From Neodothiora populina (taxonomy: Eukaryota): DNA of 64,000 nucleotides. The DNA is taken from the NCBI RefSeq assembly GCF_041146345.1, contig NW_027191413.1, positions 62,001 to 126,000 on the forward strand, given 5' to 3'. The first letter of the stretch is position 1; each line of letters starts with the position of its first letter. A program made the translations under genes and the position numbers. Positions 34,850-45,032 of the stretch are shown piece after piece. Below the pieces are notes generated by a model. That model was not told where the DNA came from, did not search any database, and saw nothing but the letters and a program-made list of their open reading frames with translations.

Positions 34850-37512
34850 ATGTCGAAGTACCGTGTTATCCGGGACAGCGAAATAGGTCGCGGGGGCTTT
34901 GGTATGGTCGACCAAGTTCAGCGGCGTCAAGACGAAAAGGTGTCGTATAATACATATTCGCATACTCTACGTTTGACTGATCATCCCGAACCAGATTCTA
35001 GCACGGAAGACCATCCTCATTGATCAGAGAGATAGCTCGTTGTCCAAGGCACTGAAAGAATACGATATTGTCCGCCATTTAGATCATGATAACATTACGC
35101 CCTTCCTCGACTACGAGGTCGTTTCACGTGGAGGCCGTTCAAGAAAGCTTGTGCTTTATATGGAATTGTACGAACACAACAGTCTCAACGACCTTATCAT
35201 ACGACGTGAAAGGTAAGGTGTGGAGCGCCATGCCATCGTCCTACCTGAGCGCAGTGCTTATATCTGCATTAGAGATCATATGAATTATCTTCCAGAATCC
35301 TATATCTGGTCGATCATCTACCAATTAACGTCGGCGTTGATGTACTGCCACCATGGGATTCATGCTCATGCCTCCCTAGACATAGACCTGTCCACCCCAG
35401 CTTGTACGACGACCATCCTGCACCGAGATATCAAGCCAGCAAACAGTAAGATCTTTGTAATCGATAAAGCAAACTATTGCTCAAAGCGTGCTCAGTATTC
35501 CTGGCTAGCTCTTCTCAGACTGCTTTAGATGCCGTCAAACTCGGAGACTTCGGTAACGGCGTCATCATCAACTCCAAGAACAAGTCAACCTATGCGGGAA
35601 CAGCGGAATATCTTGCGCCGGTATACTACGATACTTTTGGGATTTCAGCAGATACTGACCTCAGCTCCACAGGAAATAAGACAGAGCAATCCGGGACACA
35701 ACATATGGACATCTGCATGCGATATCTTTTCGCTTGGCTGTGTGTCCACCCGACGCACTCTCGATCATAGAGTAATGCGCTCACTGTGACAGGTACACTG
35801 ATCGAGTTGTGTGAACTCAAGAGAACTTTCGATTTTCACGTCACGAGCGAATCGTTGGCAACCCACAGCTTCGGGGAATTGGCCACTACTCTGATGATCT
35901 CAAGACATGCTTGAGGACTTGTATCAACTACTTCCCTGACAAGCGTCCAGACAGTCGTGAATTGTTCATCATCGCACGGGCTCACATGCAGGCAAACCCT
36001 GAACATCAGCTAGCCGTTCGTAATTACAGACTACTCGCGGCAGCATGTGAAGGGGACTTTGACACAGCCATGTTGCCCGACATGAATTCCTCTATAAACA
36101 CGATGACAAGTACAGACGGAGAAAGTCCATTGCACAAGTCGATCTGTCATGGACATGTTGCACTAACGCAGTTCTTCATCGAGAAGGGTGCCGACGTCTC
36201 GAGCGGAAACAAAGAAGGTGAAACTCCGCTACATATCGCTGCTAGATATGCCTTAGCCGGCAGCGAAACTGTACTGTTAGATATGTTGATAGAGGCTGGT
36301 GCCTCATTGACAGCCTTTGACAACCATGGACGGACCGCTCTACACAGTGCAGCTGCTCACAATCAGACTGAGATGGTCAAAAGACTGTGTGACCATGGAG
36401 CAGACCCCGGAGCAAAAACCAGGGATTCGCGATCGCGTACGATACATGTAGCTGCTGAAAATGGCCATACTGATATGCTGGACACACTAGAATCTGTCGG
36501 GACGAATCTGCATGAACCAAAGCCCGATGGCGAAAACATACTCCACATTGACGCGAACGGTGGCTGGACATTTCTAGTCGGATATATCCTATCCAAAGGG
36601 TTCGCACCAGACATGCCGTTTGGTGATAGCAAGACATCGGCACTACATCGAGCTTGTGTTAATGGACACGAGGAGGTGGCTCTCGTGATGCTACAAAGCG
36701 GCGCTTGCGGTCGAGTCCAGGATCGATCGAAAACCACACCGCTACACTGTGCAGCTATAGCCGGGCATAGTGGTGTCATGAAAGTCCTCGTTACAGGCAC
36801 AACGGATGGTCCTTCAGTGTCTACTTCGCCAGATGTAACAAGCACGACAATGGCTGATTTCGATCAGAGCAGAATGGCCAACATCGAGGCGAAGAATGGG
36901 GACGGTAAGACCGCACTCCACCTGGCTGTAGAACACAGGCAAGTGTCGGCAGTAGAAACACTTCTGGATCTGGGAAGTGATCCCAAGTCCCGGACAGCAG
37001 ACGGAGACATCAGTCTGCATCTCGCAGCTCTCCGAAACTCAGTCAACATCGCGACAGTCTTGCTTCAACGAGATCGTGAACTAATCGACACTCGCGGCCT
37101 GCAACGCGCTTCTCCGCTGCACTACGCTGCGCGAAAGGGCCACGTGGAAATGACCAAGTACCTGCTCGAGACCTCCCTCGCAGCAGAAGATCACCCTTCT
37201 GAGGCTCATCAGCGTACATACGCCGGCGACACGATCCTGCACGTAGCCGCTTACTACGGGCATTCGAAGCTCGTGTACGAGCTCGTCGAGAACATGCGTT
37301 TCCCGGTCAAGCTGACGAACAAGCAGGGCCAGACGGCGCTGCATCTGGCTTGTCTCATGGGCCATCAGGACGTGCTGCGCGAGTTGCTGAGATGGTGTGT
37401 TGGAGAAGAATACTCGATTCGGTCGCGAGATGGTAAGACGGCGCGAAAGGTCGCCCAGGATGCGGGGTTTGATGCTTGTGTTAGACTGTTGCCTCCTCCC
37501 GGGGCGACTTAG
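34850..37512 (+). CDS. NEK/NimA-like Ser/Thr kinase fused to >10 ankyrin repeats; introns 34940-34994, 35213-35272, 35446-35495, 35621-35672, 35740-35792; unresolved frame break at ~35815-35880
   Basis: Hand-spliced IGRGGFGMV, ILARK, KE, HRDIKPANIFL, VKLGDFG, GTAEYLAPE, DIFSLGC, CINYFPDKRP; repeated TPLH/TALH ankyrin motifs. Confidence 0.82.
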
Positions 37513-38222
37513 TGAGATGAATATGGGCTTATGTTGGAACGACAAATGGATTTCTTATAGGCTCGCCAGTCTACCATTCTCAAAGTCTTTGACACTGAGA
37601 TTTTCTTCATGAGGTCGAGGTCTAGCAAGACTCGTATGAAAGACATGAAAATGACGATCAGTGTTTCTCAAATCAGAGAGCCTCCGCAAAGCACACGCCA
37701 TGGCAAGGATATTGTACATCTTCTGTCCGTGTAACCTACCATAATCTTCATCCATACCGCCACTTCACCGCTGGATCAGGCCTGCCTGTCTTCGCCTGTG
37801 GACCTGGAAGATTCGGACTCTTCGGTGTTCTGCGTCTTTGACACACGGGGTGAAGAATCGTGCACATGATACTATGCACCCTCAGCGATTCCTCAATTGG
37901 CCCTAATCTGAATCACAGGCAGAAGAGTGTATAATACCGTACATGCGTACCGTGGCATAAGCCTTTGTCTCATGCCTCCGATCTTTCCACTACATGTCGA
38001 CCAGCCAGGTAGGTCCTGCCTTGGCGGTCCTGCCTTGGCGGTCCTGTCTGAACCGGAAGCTCTGAACCAGAAGGTCGAAGCCGATTTTCCCCCTTCGATC
38101 TTGTTGCAGAAGGAAGATCTTGACATACCTTAGTGTACGTGGACTCTATGCTCTTGTACTGTCAGTGATCTTTCCATCGTGAGTGACGCCAAAATCCGTC
38201 GGCTGTTCTGGTATCGGAATCC

Positions 38223-38322
38223 TCCACGACCGATTGTGGGACATTCGTGGTTTATATCGGATCGGTAGACTTTAAGCTTCTCTGGTTTTTTATGGTACAG
38301 AACGGAGCTACAAAATCCAAGC
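38223..38322 (+). repeat. ~100-bp direct repeat C, right copy, ending 7 bp from the NBS1 stop codon
   Basis: Aligns with 31334-31435. Confidence 0.9.
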
Positions 38323-38329
38323 ATGAAGC

Positions 38330-41144
38330 CTACCCTCGCCGCCTACGACGGAACCTCAGCGCGTCCTCCTCATCGCTGTCCTCGTCTTCAACGACAGTCG
38401 CTCTTGTGCTGCCGGTGGCTCTGGTCCTCTTCGGCGCACTCTGACCACTGGGTTGAGCGGCCGCTGCTCTCTTCGTGCCTTGTGTACGGGCCTGTGTCTG
38501 CGTCTGGGTAGTCTTTTGCGTCGTGCTGCGACTCGTCGAACCTCTGGACGTAGCAGTTGTATGCTCATGTGCGGCTGCTTCGATATCTGCGTCGCGTGCG
38601 GCGCCGGCGATCTCTTCGGGGTATATTTCTTCAGTGTCTGCGGCCTCGGCATCTTGGATTCGCGAGTTGCGTATACGGCGTCTGAAGCGAGTTTCATCGT
38701 GGTCGTCGAGCTCCACGCTGTCGTCTTCGGCGTCTTCTCTTGTGCCGATGGATGCTACAGACGCGTCCGTCTGGCCTCTTTGGGGCGGTGACTTGCGCAT
38801 TGATTGTGAAGTGGTAGATCCGGCTGTACGCTGACTGGCTCTCTTCTCTTTTTCTTTGCGGCGTGTCTCGTCTATGCTTTCCAGCCAGTAATCTTCGCCG
38901 ACTCCGTATGCTTTCTTCTGGACTTCTTCAAGAGGCACGATGACTCGGGTTCTCTGTCGATCATAGTTGCATTCATTTTCACCGGACCCATTCCTTTGCC
39001 GTCGGAATTTCTTAAAGTTCTTCCTTCCGTTCCAGCGGTCGTCCCATCGATCAGAAGAGGGTGCAGAGTCGTCTGAATATCGCATCCGCGGAGGCAGTTC
39101 TCTGCGGACAATCTCCATCTCCTCAACCAGAGCCAGGTTACGGATATCAGCTACATCCATGCCGTCGAATGCAGCACGTAGGTTTTCTTCGTCGCGGCGA
39201 CGCGCCTCGTCTTCTGCTTCACGGCGCTCGGTCATGAGGGCTTTTACATCAAGCTCTTTCGCTTGGCGACGGGGCATAGGCTTCTTGGTCACCGTAAGCT
39301 GTTGGGTCGTGTCATCTTCTACGTCGATCTGTTCCTCTTGCGGCTGGGACGCGGCCTTTAGACGCTGTTCCTCCAGTTTACGCCTCTTCATTGCAGTGGC
39401 ACCTTTGAGTATTCCATTCATAACATCTTCATGTGTTTCCTGTTGTAATTGCTCCAGAGGCATACCAGGACGTTTGCGCGTACTCTGAGGAGCGTTCGAT
39501 CGTTGGGTCGCACTTCGTTGAGTTCCAGGCATTTGAGACTGGCTGGGATCCGGATATTCAGCTTCCATTGGATCGATTGACAGAGCTTGGCTCGGCTCGT
39601 GATGAGCTTCCTGTGGTGCAGATGCTTGATACGGAGTCATTGACGCCTCCGGTTTGAAATCCTCAAAGCCGCGGTACTTTGCCTGTGTAGCCCGCTGCCT
39701 TGCGGCCCTGCGCCTTGCTAAAGGTTCGGGGCTGGTACGTGCGGGTTCTTGCTGTGATTGTATTGCTGGGTCCTGACCTGGAGACTGTCGATCTGGAGAC
39801 ACTCCGAATCTACCTTCCGCGGCTTTCTGAACCGGATCATGCTGATCATGTGGCTGTCCCCTGCTATCTGCGTCGTCTTGGACCCGGGATTCAGAGGCGT
39901 CCGTAATTTCGGTGTCCACGGCTCTCTTGAGCTTGGATGCATCCACATCAAGAATTGCATCTAGCAACTCGTTCTGCTCCATACTCTGCTGGCCCAGTGT
40001 TGCGTCTAGCTTTTCGTAGTATCCTGGCGCTTGAACGCTGTTGTTACCAATACGCACAATTATTATGCCTCCTCGGGCAGCAGGGTTTATCTGTTGCTTG
40101 AGGTTGAACGAAGTATCGCCTTTCTTGTCAGCAATGTCACGGACGAAATTGACCATTTCGGACACATCAGTCTCGCCGGGGTCGACAAAGCGGACAACCG
40201 CCTTTCCTCCGCCTCCGGTGACCACCGGCATGAGTGAGTCGTACTGAGTCTGATCGTGGAAGATGAAGGTATACCTCGAGAATATCTCCGAGCGGGCTTC
40301 TTTGGGCAAAAACTGATCCGAGTTCGCGGGTCGTGGATTGGGTTCTCTACCTGGCGGCGGCAAGAAGTCAAGCTCGCGCGGCCAGTGGGCGTCAAAGTCG
40401 AGTTCTAGAAGAGATTGTGAGTCGAGGGTGTCCCTCTTCCCTGCAGCGGCCACGGCCTGGATGTAGGATTCGGTGACTACATAGCGACCGTTTACGAGAG
40501 CTTGGAGGACAGCAGAAGTATTGCGTTTAGTGGTGACCGTATGGGAAGTGTGTTGAGCGAAGTAATCGACGACGCATTTCATGTCAAGAGGTTCCAGTAG
40601 AGATCGATGTTCGGTGAGAGGATCTTCGGACTTTTTCCGAGCAGCTTTGGACAGGGAAGTGAATGAGAACGTCACGGGCGCCCATTTGATTCTTGAAAGG
40701 GAGATTAGTACTATCACGTTGAATCACGACGAGATTGCAGCAATACCTAAAAAGATCAGGATAGTTGCCGAGTCTCATAGCGACCTCGGTCTTGTCCAGA
40801 GTCTTGGACCCCTTTGACAGCTTATCGCCATCAACAGCGGTACCGAGTTTGGAACTATCAGTGAGCGTGAGCTTCGACCTGGCATGTAAACGAGCACTAT
40901 CGCCAGCTTTAACATGGTCTACGGCAATGAGCAAATGCTGTCTGGAGACAGAACTGTGCTCCAAGTAGAATCCCGGTGCGCCTAGCTTTGGGCGGGTACG
41001 ACCAAGGAGAAATTGCGTTCCGGGTCGAAGCCATACTCGTTTTTCTTTGGCTGTTTGTCAGCAGGGAGTCACAACTTGGACAATACCTGGTCGTGGAGTC
41101 ATACTGTTGAATACCTGTGCCCCGTCACATTCGAGGAACCACAT
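38330..41144 (-). CDS. NBS1: Nibrin/Xrs2-type MRN subunit (FHA, BRCT, Mre11-binding motif); introns ~41045-41104 and ~40690-40747
   Basis: MWFLECDG, KRVWLRPG..FLLGRT, SVSRQH (FHA), LQALVNGRYVVT (BRCT), WNGRKNFKKFRR. Confidence 0.93.
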
Positions 41145-41614
41145 GGCGGCGGCGGCGATGGGCTGATGCGGAGTCCGGGCATCGACTGTTGCAGCAGTTC
41201 TACACTTGCAATGATGCTCAGTTGCGGCGCACCGTGGCCACCTGCATCCTCATCAACGGCTTCCAAATCGCCGGAACTTGTGCACGACGGGGATGCGGAG
41301 CGTTGATAGAACAATAGATGTAGGAGAAAGTCGCAACCGTCGGTTCGGGGATGACGCGACTGCCTGAAGTGGTGAAGAAGGCGAATGTACGCGGGGGGCA
41401 CGTGCTTTGGCCGACCAAATTTATCCCGAAGAGGCAACCGAGTCATTGACTAATACAGTAGATATCCAACACATATACCTGCTTACCTACCTGAGGTAAT
41501 ATAGGAATTATTGCGAGGTATAAAAGTGTGCAGAGAACAAGTTCGTTATATGTAAAAGTCTATGTGTAAGGGGGTATCATGGTCCTCTAAAACTCCACTG
41601 AAATGGAATGCGAG

Positions 41615-42368
41615 ATAAATCTAAGCTTTCTAGTCCACTGGTCTCCTCGCTCTCCGCGACGAGGATACCGACAAGACAGGAGGTCAACATTCCTTCTTGA
41701 TTGACTTGAAAGTAGACATGATTGAACAGCGCAGAGCCATCTTTGCCTGCTCTACGTGACATTTCACCCTCTCCGCTAGAGTAAGATAGTAGGTAAGGCG
41801 TTCGTAATATTGTAGACTTTGCCTTCATAGACACTTTAAGCGTCCTTTTCAAGGCCCGTCTCTTCATCTTTACGACGGTGAAAATGCTACAACATTGAAG
41901 GTGTCACGCGCAACAAGCGAGGAACATTGCTGAGATTTTTGGAGCGAGCGAGTATAGCCCAGTCGAGAGAAGAGTGGCCCAGTCCAGAGGGAGGCGACAT
42001 GAGACTCGATGTGGACCTCGACGCCGGCACAGCAGGAGGAGCCATAAGGCCAGGTGTGGGTTGTGGCAGCGGCGGCGGCGCCGTGGTTGCTGGAGGACTC
42101 AAAGCAGAGGCGCGTTGTGCTGAGTTCGGCGCAGGAAAGACTGGTGTTGCATCTCCATCAGGTTACTTCTCTTTCGGGTCCTCGGACGAGTGTACTGATT
42201 TCTCCTCTTCTGATCGGGCCTTTGCGATCCCCCGTTGTTGCTGCTGTTGCTGCTGTTGCTGCTTCGCCGGACGAAATCATTGCAGGATCGGGGTCACGTC
42301 GTCGGCGGATGGTGACAAGTCAGATATGTGATGGATATTACGAGCAATGAGATGCTCAGCCATGCCAT
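41615..42368 (-). pseudogene. IRC21-like cytochrome b5 heme/steroid-binding protein pseudogene
   Basis: MAWLSISLLVISITYL anchor; GHSSLDWAIL, LLRVTPSML*, KDA*SVYEGKVYNIT, frameshift, PYLLSYSSGEGE, AGKDG, ML..CLVGILV; multiple stops. Confidence 0.82.
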
Positions 42369-42822
42369 TGTGCATGTATGTACCCAGGCGGCGCAGGGGC
42401 AGACGGGAACAAGAGAATACATCAACAAATCAAAAGAAGTCGTGACTCTGCGGCGGAAGGGGCGGGTGGCGAATTACAACATCGCCATACCAGTCATATT
42501 CTGTGAACAGATTACATTTCTCGGAGATGTTTCATTGGCAATATGAACTCCACAAGTTGAGAATGAGAAGAGCTACTTGTATCTTATAAGTGTAGTATTT
42601 ATCAGGATATGAACAATAATATTGATGATAATGATTCTTCTCCACACGCCGATCGCGTCTCCACGTCATGCAGAGATGCACTCGATCCTTTATGTGATCT
42701 TCTTTATTATATTTCCTGACATAACGATCAACTCTAAAGACCTCTGTCGATTTCGAACATTGTATACACACACACACACGCTCATTCTCCTTCCTCTTCC
42801 CTCTAGTAGAACACCGCCCACC

Positions 42823-43422
42823 ATGCTCTCCCGCGCCTTCCTCGTACCCCGCAGCCTCACCACCTCCGCCAGCACCACCAGTGCCCTCTGCACCCGCCGG
42901 CTCTGCGCTTCGTCTACCTCTACCTCCACCCACTTCCTCACAAGCGCATCGATCCGCGGCCTACGGACTCTGACAAGGCCGCAACAACAACAGCCGTACC
43001 TCTTTCACACGAGTCGACGATCAGCCTCGCACACGCCGCCGCTGGTGCGCTGGGCCTCGTCAAAGTCCGTTGCCGACGAGAAGATTGAAGAAATCACAGA
43101 GTTGTACGCCACTGCGAGGGACGAGGTATCTTCTTTTCAATTCATCAAGACACAGAGACAATGTCAGGAAATGCTAATGTGGCTTGTCTCTCGACAGTTC
43201 GAGATCGCAGCCGAGGAGACGGAGAACAACACCGTCTACGCCGAGGAAGACCGCGCGGCCGCGAGGCAGGAGCTCGAGCGCGTGCAGGAGGCTTACAAGG
43301 CCGTGCTTGAGGGGCCCGACAAGGACGTCGCCGACGAGGTCAAGAGACGTATCGGCCAGCGCATCAGGGAGCTCGAGAACGCCGTCGTCGCTATGGAGGA
43401 GATGGCCATGAATCAGGATTGA
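42823..43422 (+). CDS. Small hypothetical protein with mitochondrial-type presequence and helical C-terminus; intron 43126-43197
   Basis: MLSRAFL.. R/S/T-rich start; ITELYATARDE|FEIAAEET; EVKRRIGQRIRELENAV; biased codon usage. Confidence 0.85.
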   Translation: MLSRAFLVPRSLTTSASTTSALCTRRLCASSTSTSTHFLTSASIRGLRTLTRPQQQQPYLFHTSRRSASHTPPLVRWASSKSVADEKIEEITELYATARDEVSSFQFIKTQRQCQEMLMWLVSRQFEIAAEETENNTVYAEEDRAAARQELERVQEAYKAVLEGPDKDVADEVKRRIGQRIRELENAVVAMEEMAMNQD

Positions 43423-43546
43423 AAGAAAGTGTACATGTCTATGTCTGCATACTCGTTCGTACTCTGACAAATACGCAATTTCGTCAAGCTATGGTGCCCT
43501 CTGCTGCATGCCCAGATAGATACACCTTGATATGACATTCATCAAT

Positions 43547-44407
43547 CTACAACTCCTGTCTCTTGGGGTCCTTGGACGCGGACACGATATCAACCAACTC
43601 CGTCTCGAAGACTGATTTCCCACATTATCAGTATTGTTTCATGCAGGATATTAGACCAAAGAAAAAAAAGACACTTACTCAGAACACTGTTGGCCGGGAT
43701 CGGTCCCATGCCTCTGCTGCCGTATGCCCACTCGGGCTGGATGGTGAGCTTTCTGGCTTCGCCGGGGCACATGTCGAGTACTGTTGAAGAGTCAGTAATC
43801 AGTTCGCCATGTTCATCGGGGCGCAATTTGATGTCCCGAAGAATAATCACAAAAGAAAGAAACTCACATCCTTGGTCCCAACCCTTGATGACCTGGCCCT
43901 TGCCGACGTGGAAAGTCAATGGCTGGCCGCGGTTGTACGAGGCATCGAACTCGCTGCCGTCAGACTCGAGCTTGCCGCGGTAGTGGACTGCAACTTTGTC
44001 GCCTGTAGTGATTGTTTTGGTCAATAAGTGTTCTTTTTCTGTTGTCGAATCAGGTGATAGGAAAATGAAAAGCAGATGACAATTGCTTGCTATCAACAGG
44101 TATAATCTACTCTCAAACAAGAGCATTTGCACGTCTTACTTCCTCCTCTTTTTCTTTTCCATAGCAATATCCATAACAAAACAACACCAGATCCCCATAC
44201 ACTAGAACCAGAAAAGAGACTTGACCAAGAAACGACTGACAAACAATACGAAAAGAAAGAGAAAAAGAAAGACATACCAGTACGAGTCTTCCTCTCACAC
44301 TCGACAGCCTTGGTCACCTCGATATTCAACGGCTTCTCCAATGCCGAGACCACGGTCGATGTGGCGGCCAGGAGACCGATTGCATTGGCGAGCGAGAAGA
44401 AACGCAT
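43547..44407 (-). CDS. FPR2: ER FKBP-type peptidyl-prolyl isomerase (FKBP2/Fpr2-like), 3 introns
   Basis: Signal peptide; [55 protein letters not shown]-terminal RQEL. Confidence 0.9.
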
Positions 44408-44739
44408 CTTTTTTCTTTTTACCTTAGCCTGAAACTTGAAGATGAACAATTGATGATTATTATGTTCCTCGTGAAATGTATTGAGGTCAAGTCGGGTTAG
44501 AAGCAGGTCAGTCAGGGCAACGTGTACAGTACATTGATGATCGATAATGATGATGTCGCTGGTCTCCCGCTAATAAGCGCAGGGCAAAATACCTGTAGTC
44601 GTCGCGTATGGGGCGAGACACCACAATGTGGGGAAACCATGGGCCCTTGTTCTTGGCGCTCTGACTGCGAGGTAAACAACATCTGGTTTGCGGTTGAGTT
44701 TTGAGTGAATATACTCGATCAGTCACAAACAAATGGTCG

Positions 44740-44965
44740 ATGAGAGTTCAATGGATATTCAGTGAGTCCTTGTTGAATAGCTAGTAAGCCTCCGACGAAT
44801 AGCCAGTAAGTCTTCAATGACTATTCGGTGATCTTCGATAAAACAGTAAGTCGTCAATGAATAGTCAGTAAGTCTTCGATAAATACCTTAGCTACTGGAT
44901 CTCTGCTGAACAGTTGTTAAGTTACTAGTAAATGGTAAATAAGTCCCTAATGAATAGTGGATGAA
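44740..44965. repeat. Degenerate 11/22-bp periodic tract (GAATAGYCAGT-AAGTCTTCRAT)
   Basis: gaatagctagtaagcctccgac / gaatagccagtaagtcttcaat / gaatagtcagtaagtcttcgat. Confidence 0.7.
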
Positions 44966-45032
44966 TTCCTGATCAAAATGCAATGAGTTTCTTGTAACTT
45001 TTCAAGAACTAGATGATAACTATAGATCCTTC

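Noticed and set aside
38015..38044. Tandem duplication CCTGCCTTGGCGGT x2
   Set aside because: Single 14-bp slippage duplication with no further structure
42235..42262. Poly-Cys ORF 41927-42331 on the plus strand
   Set aside because: Antisense reading of a CAG/CAA microsatellite within the b5 pseudogene
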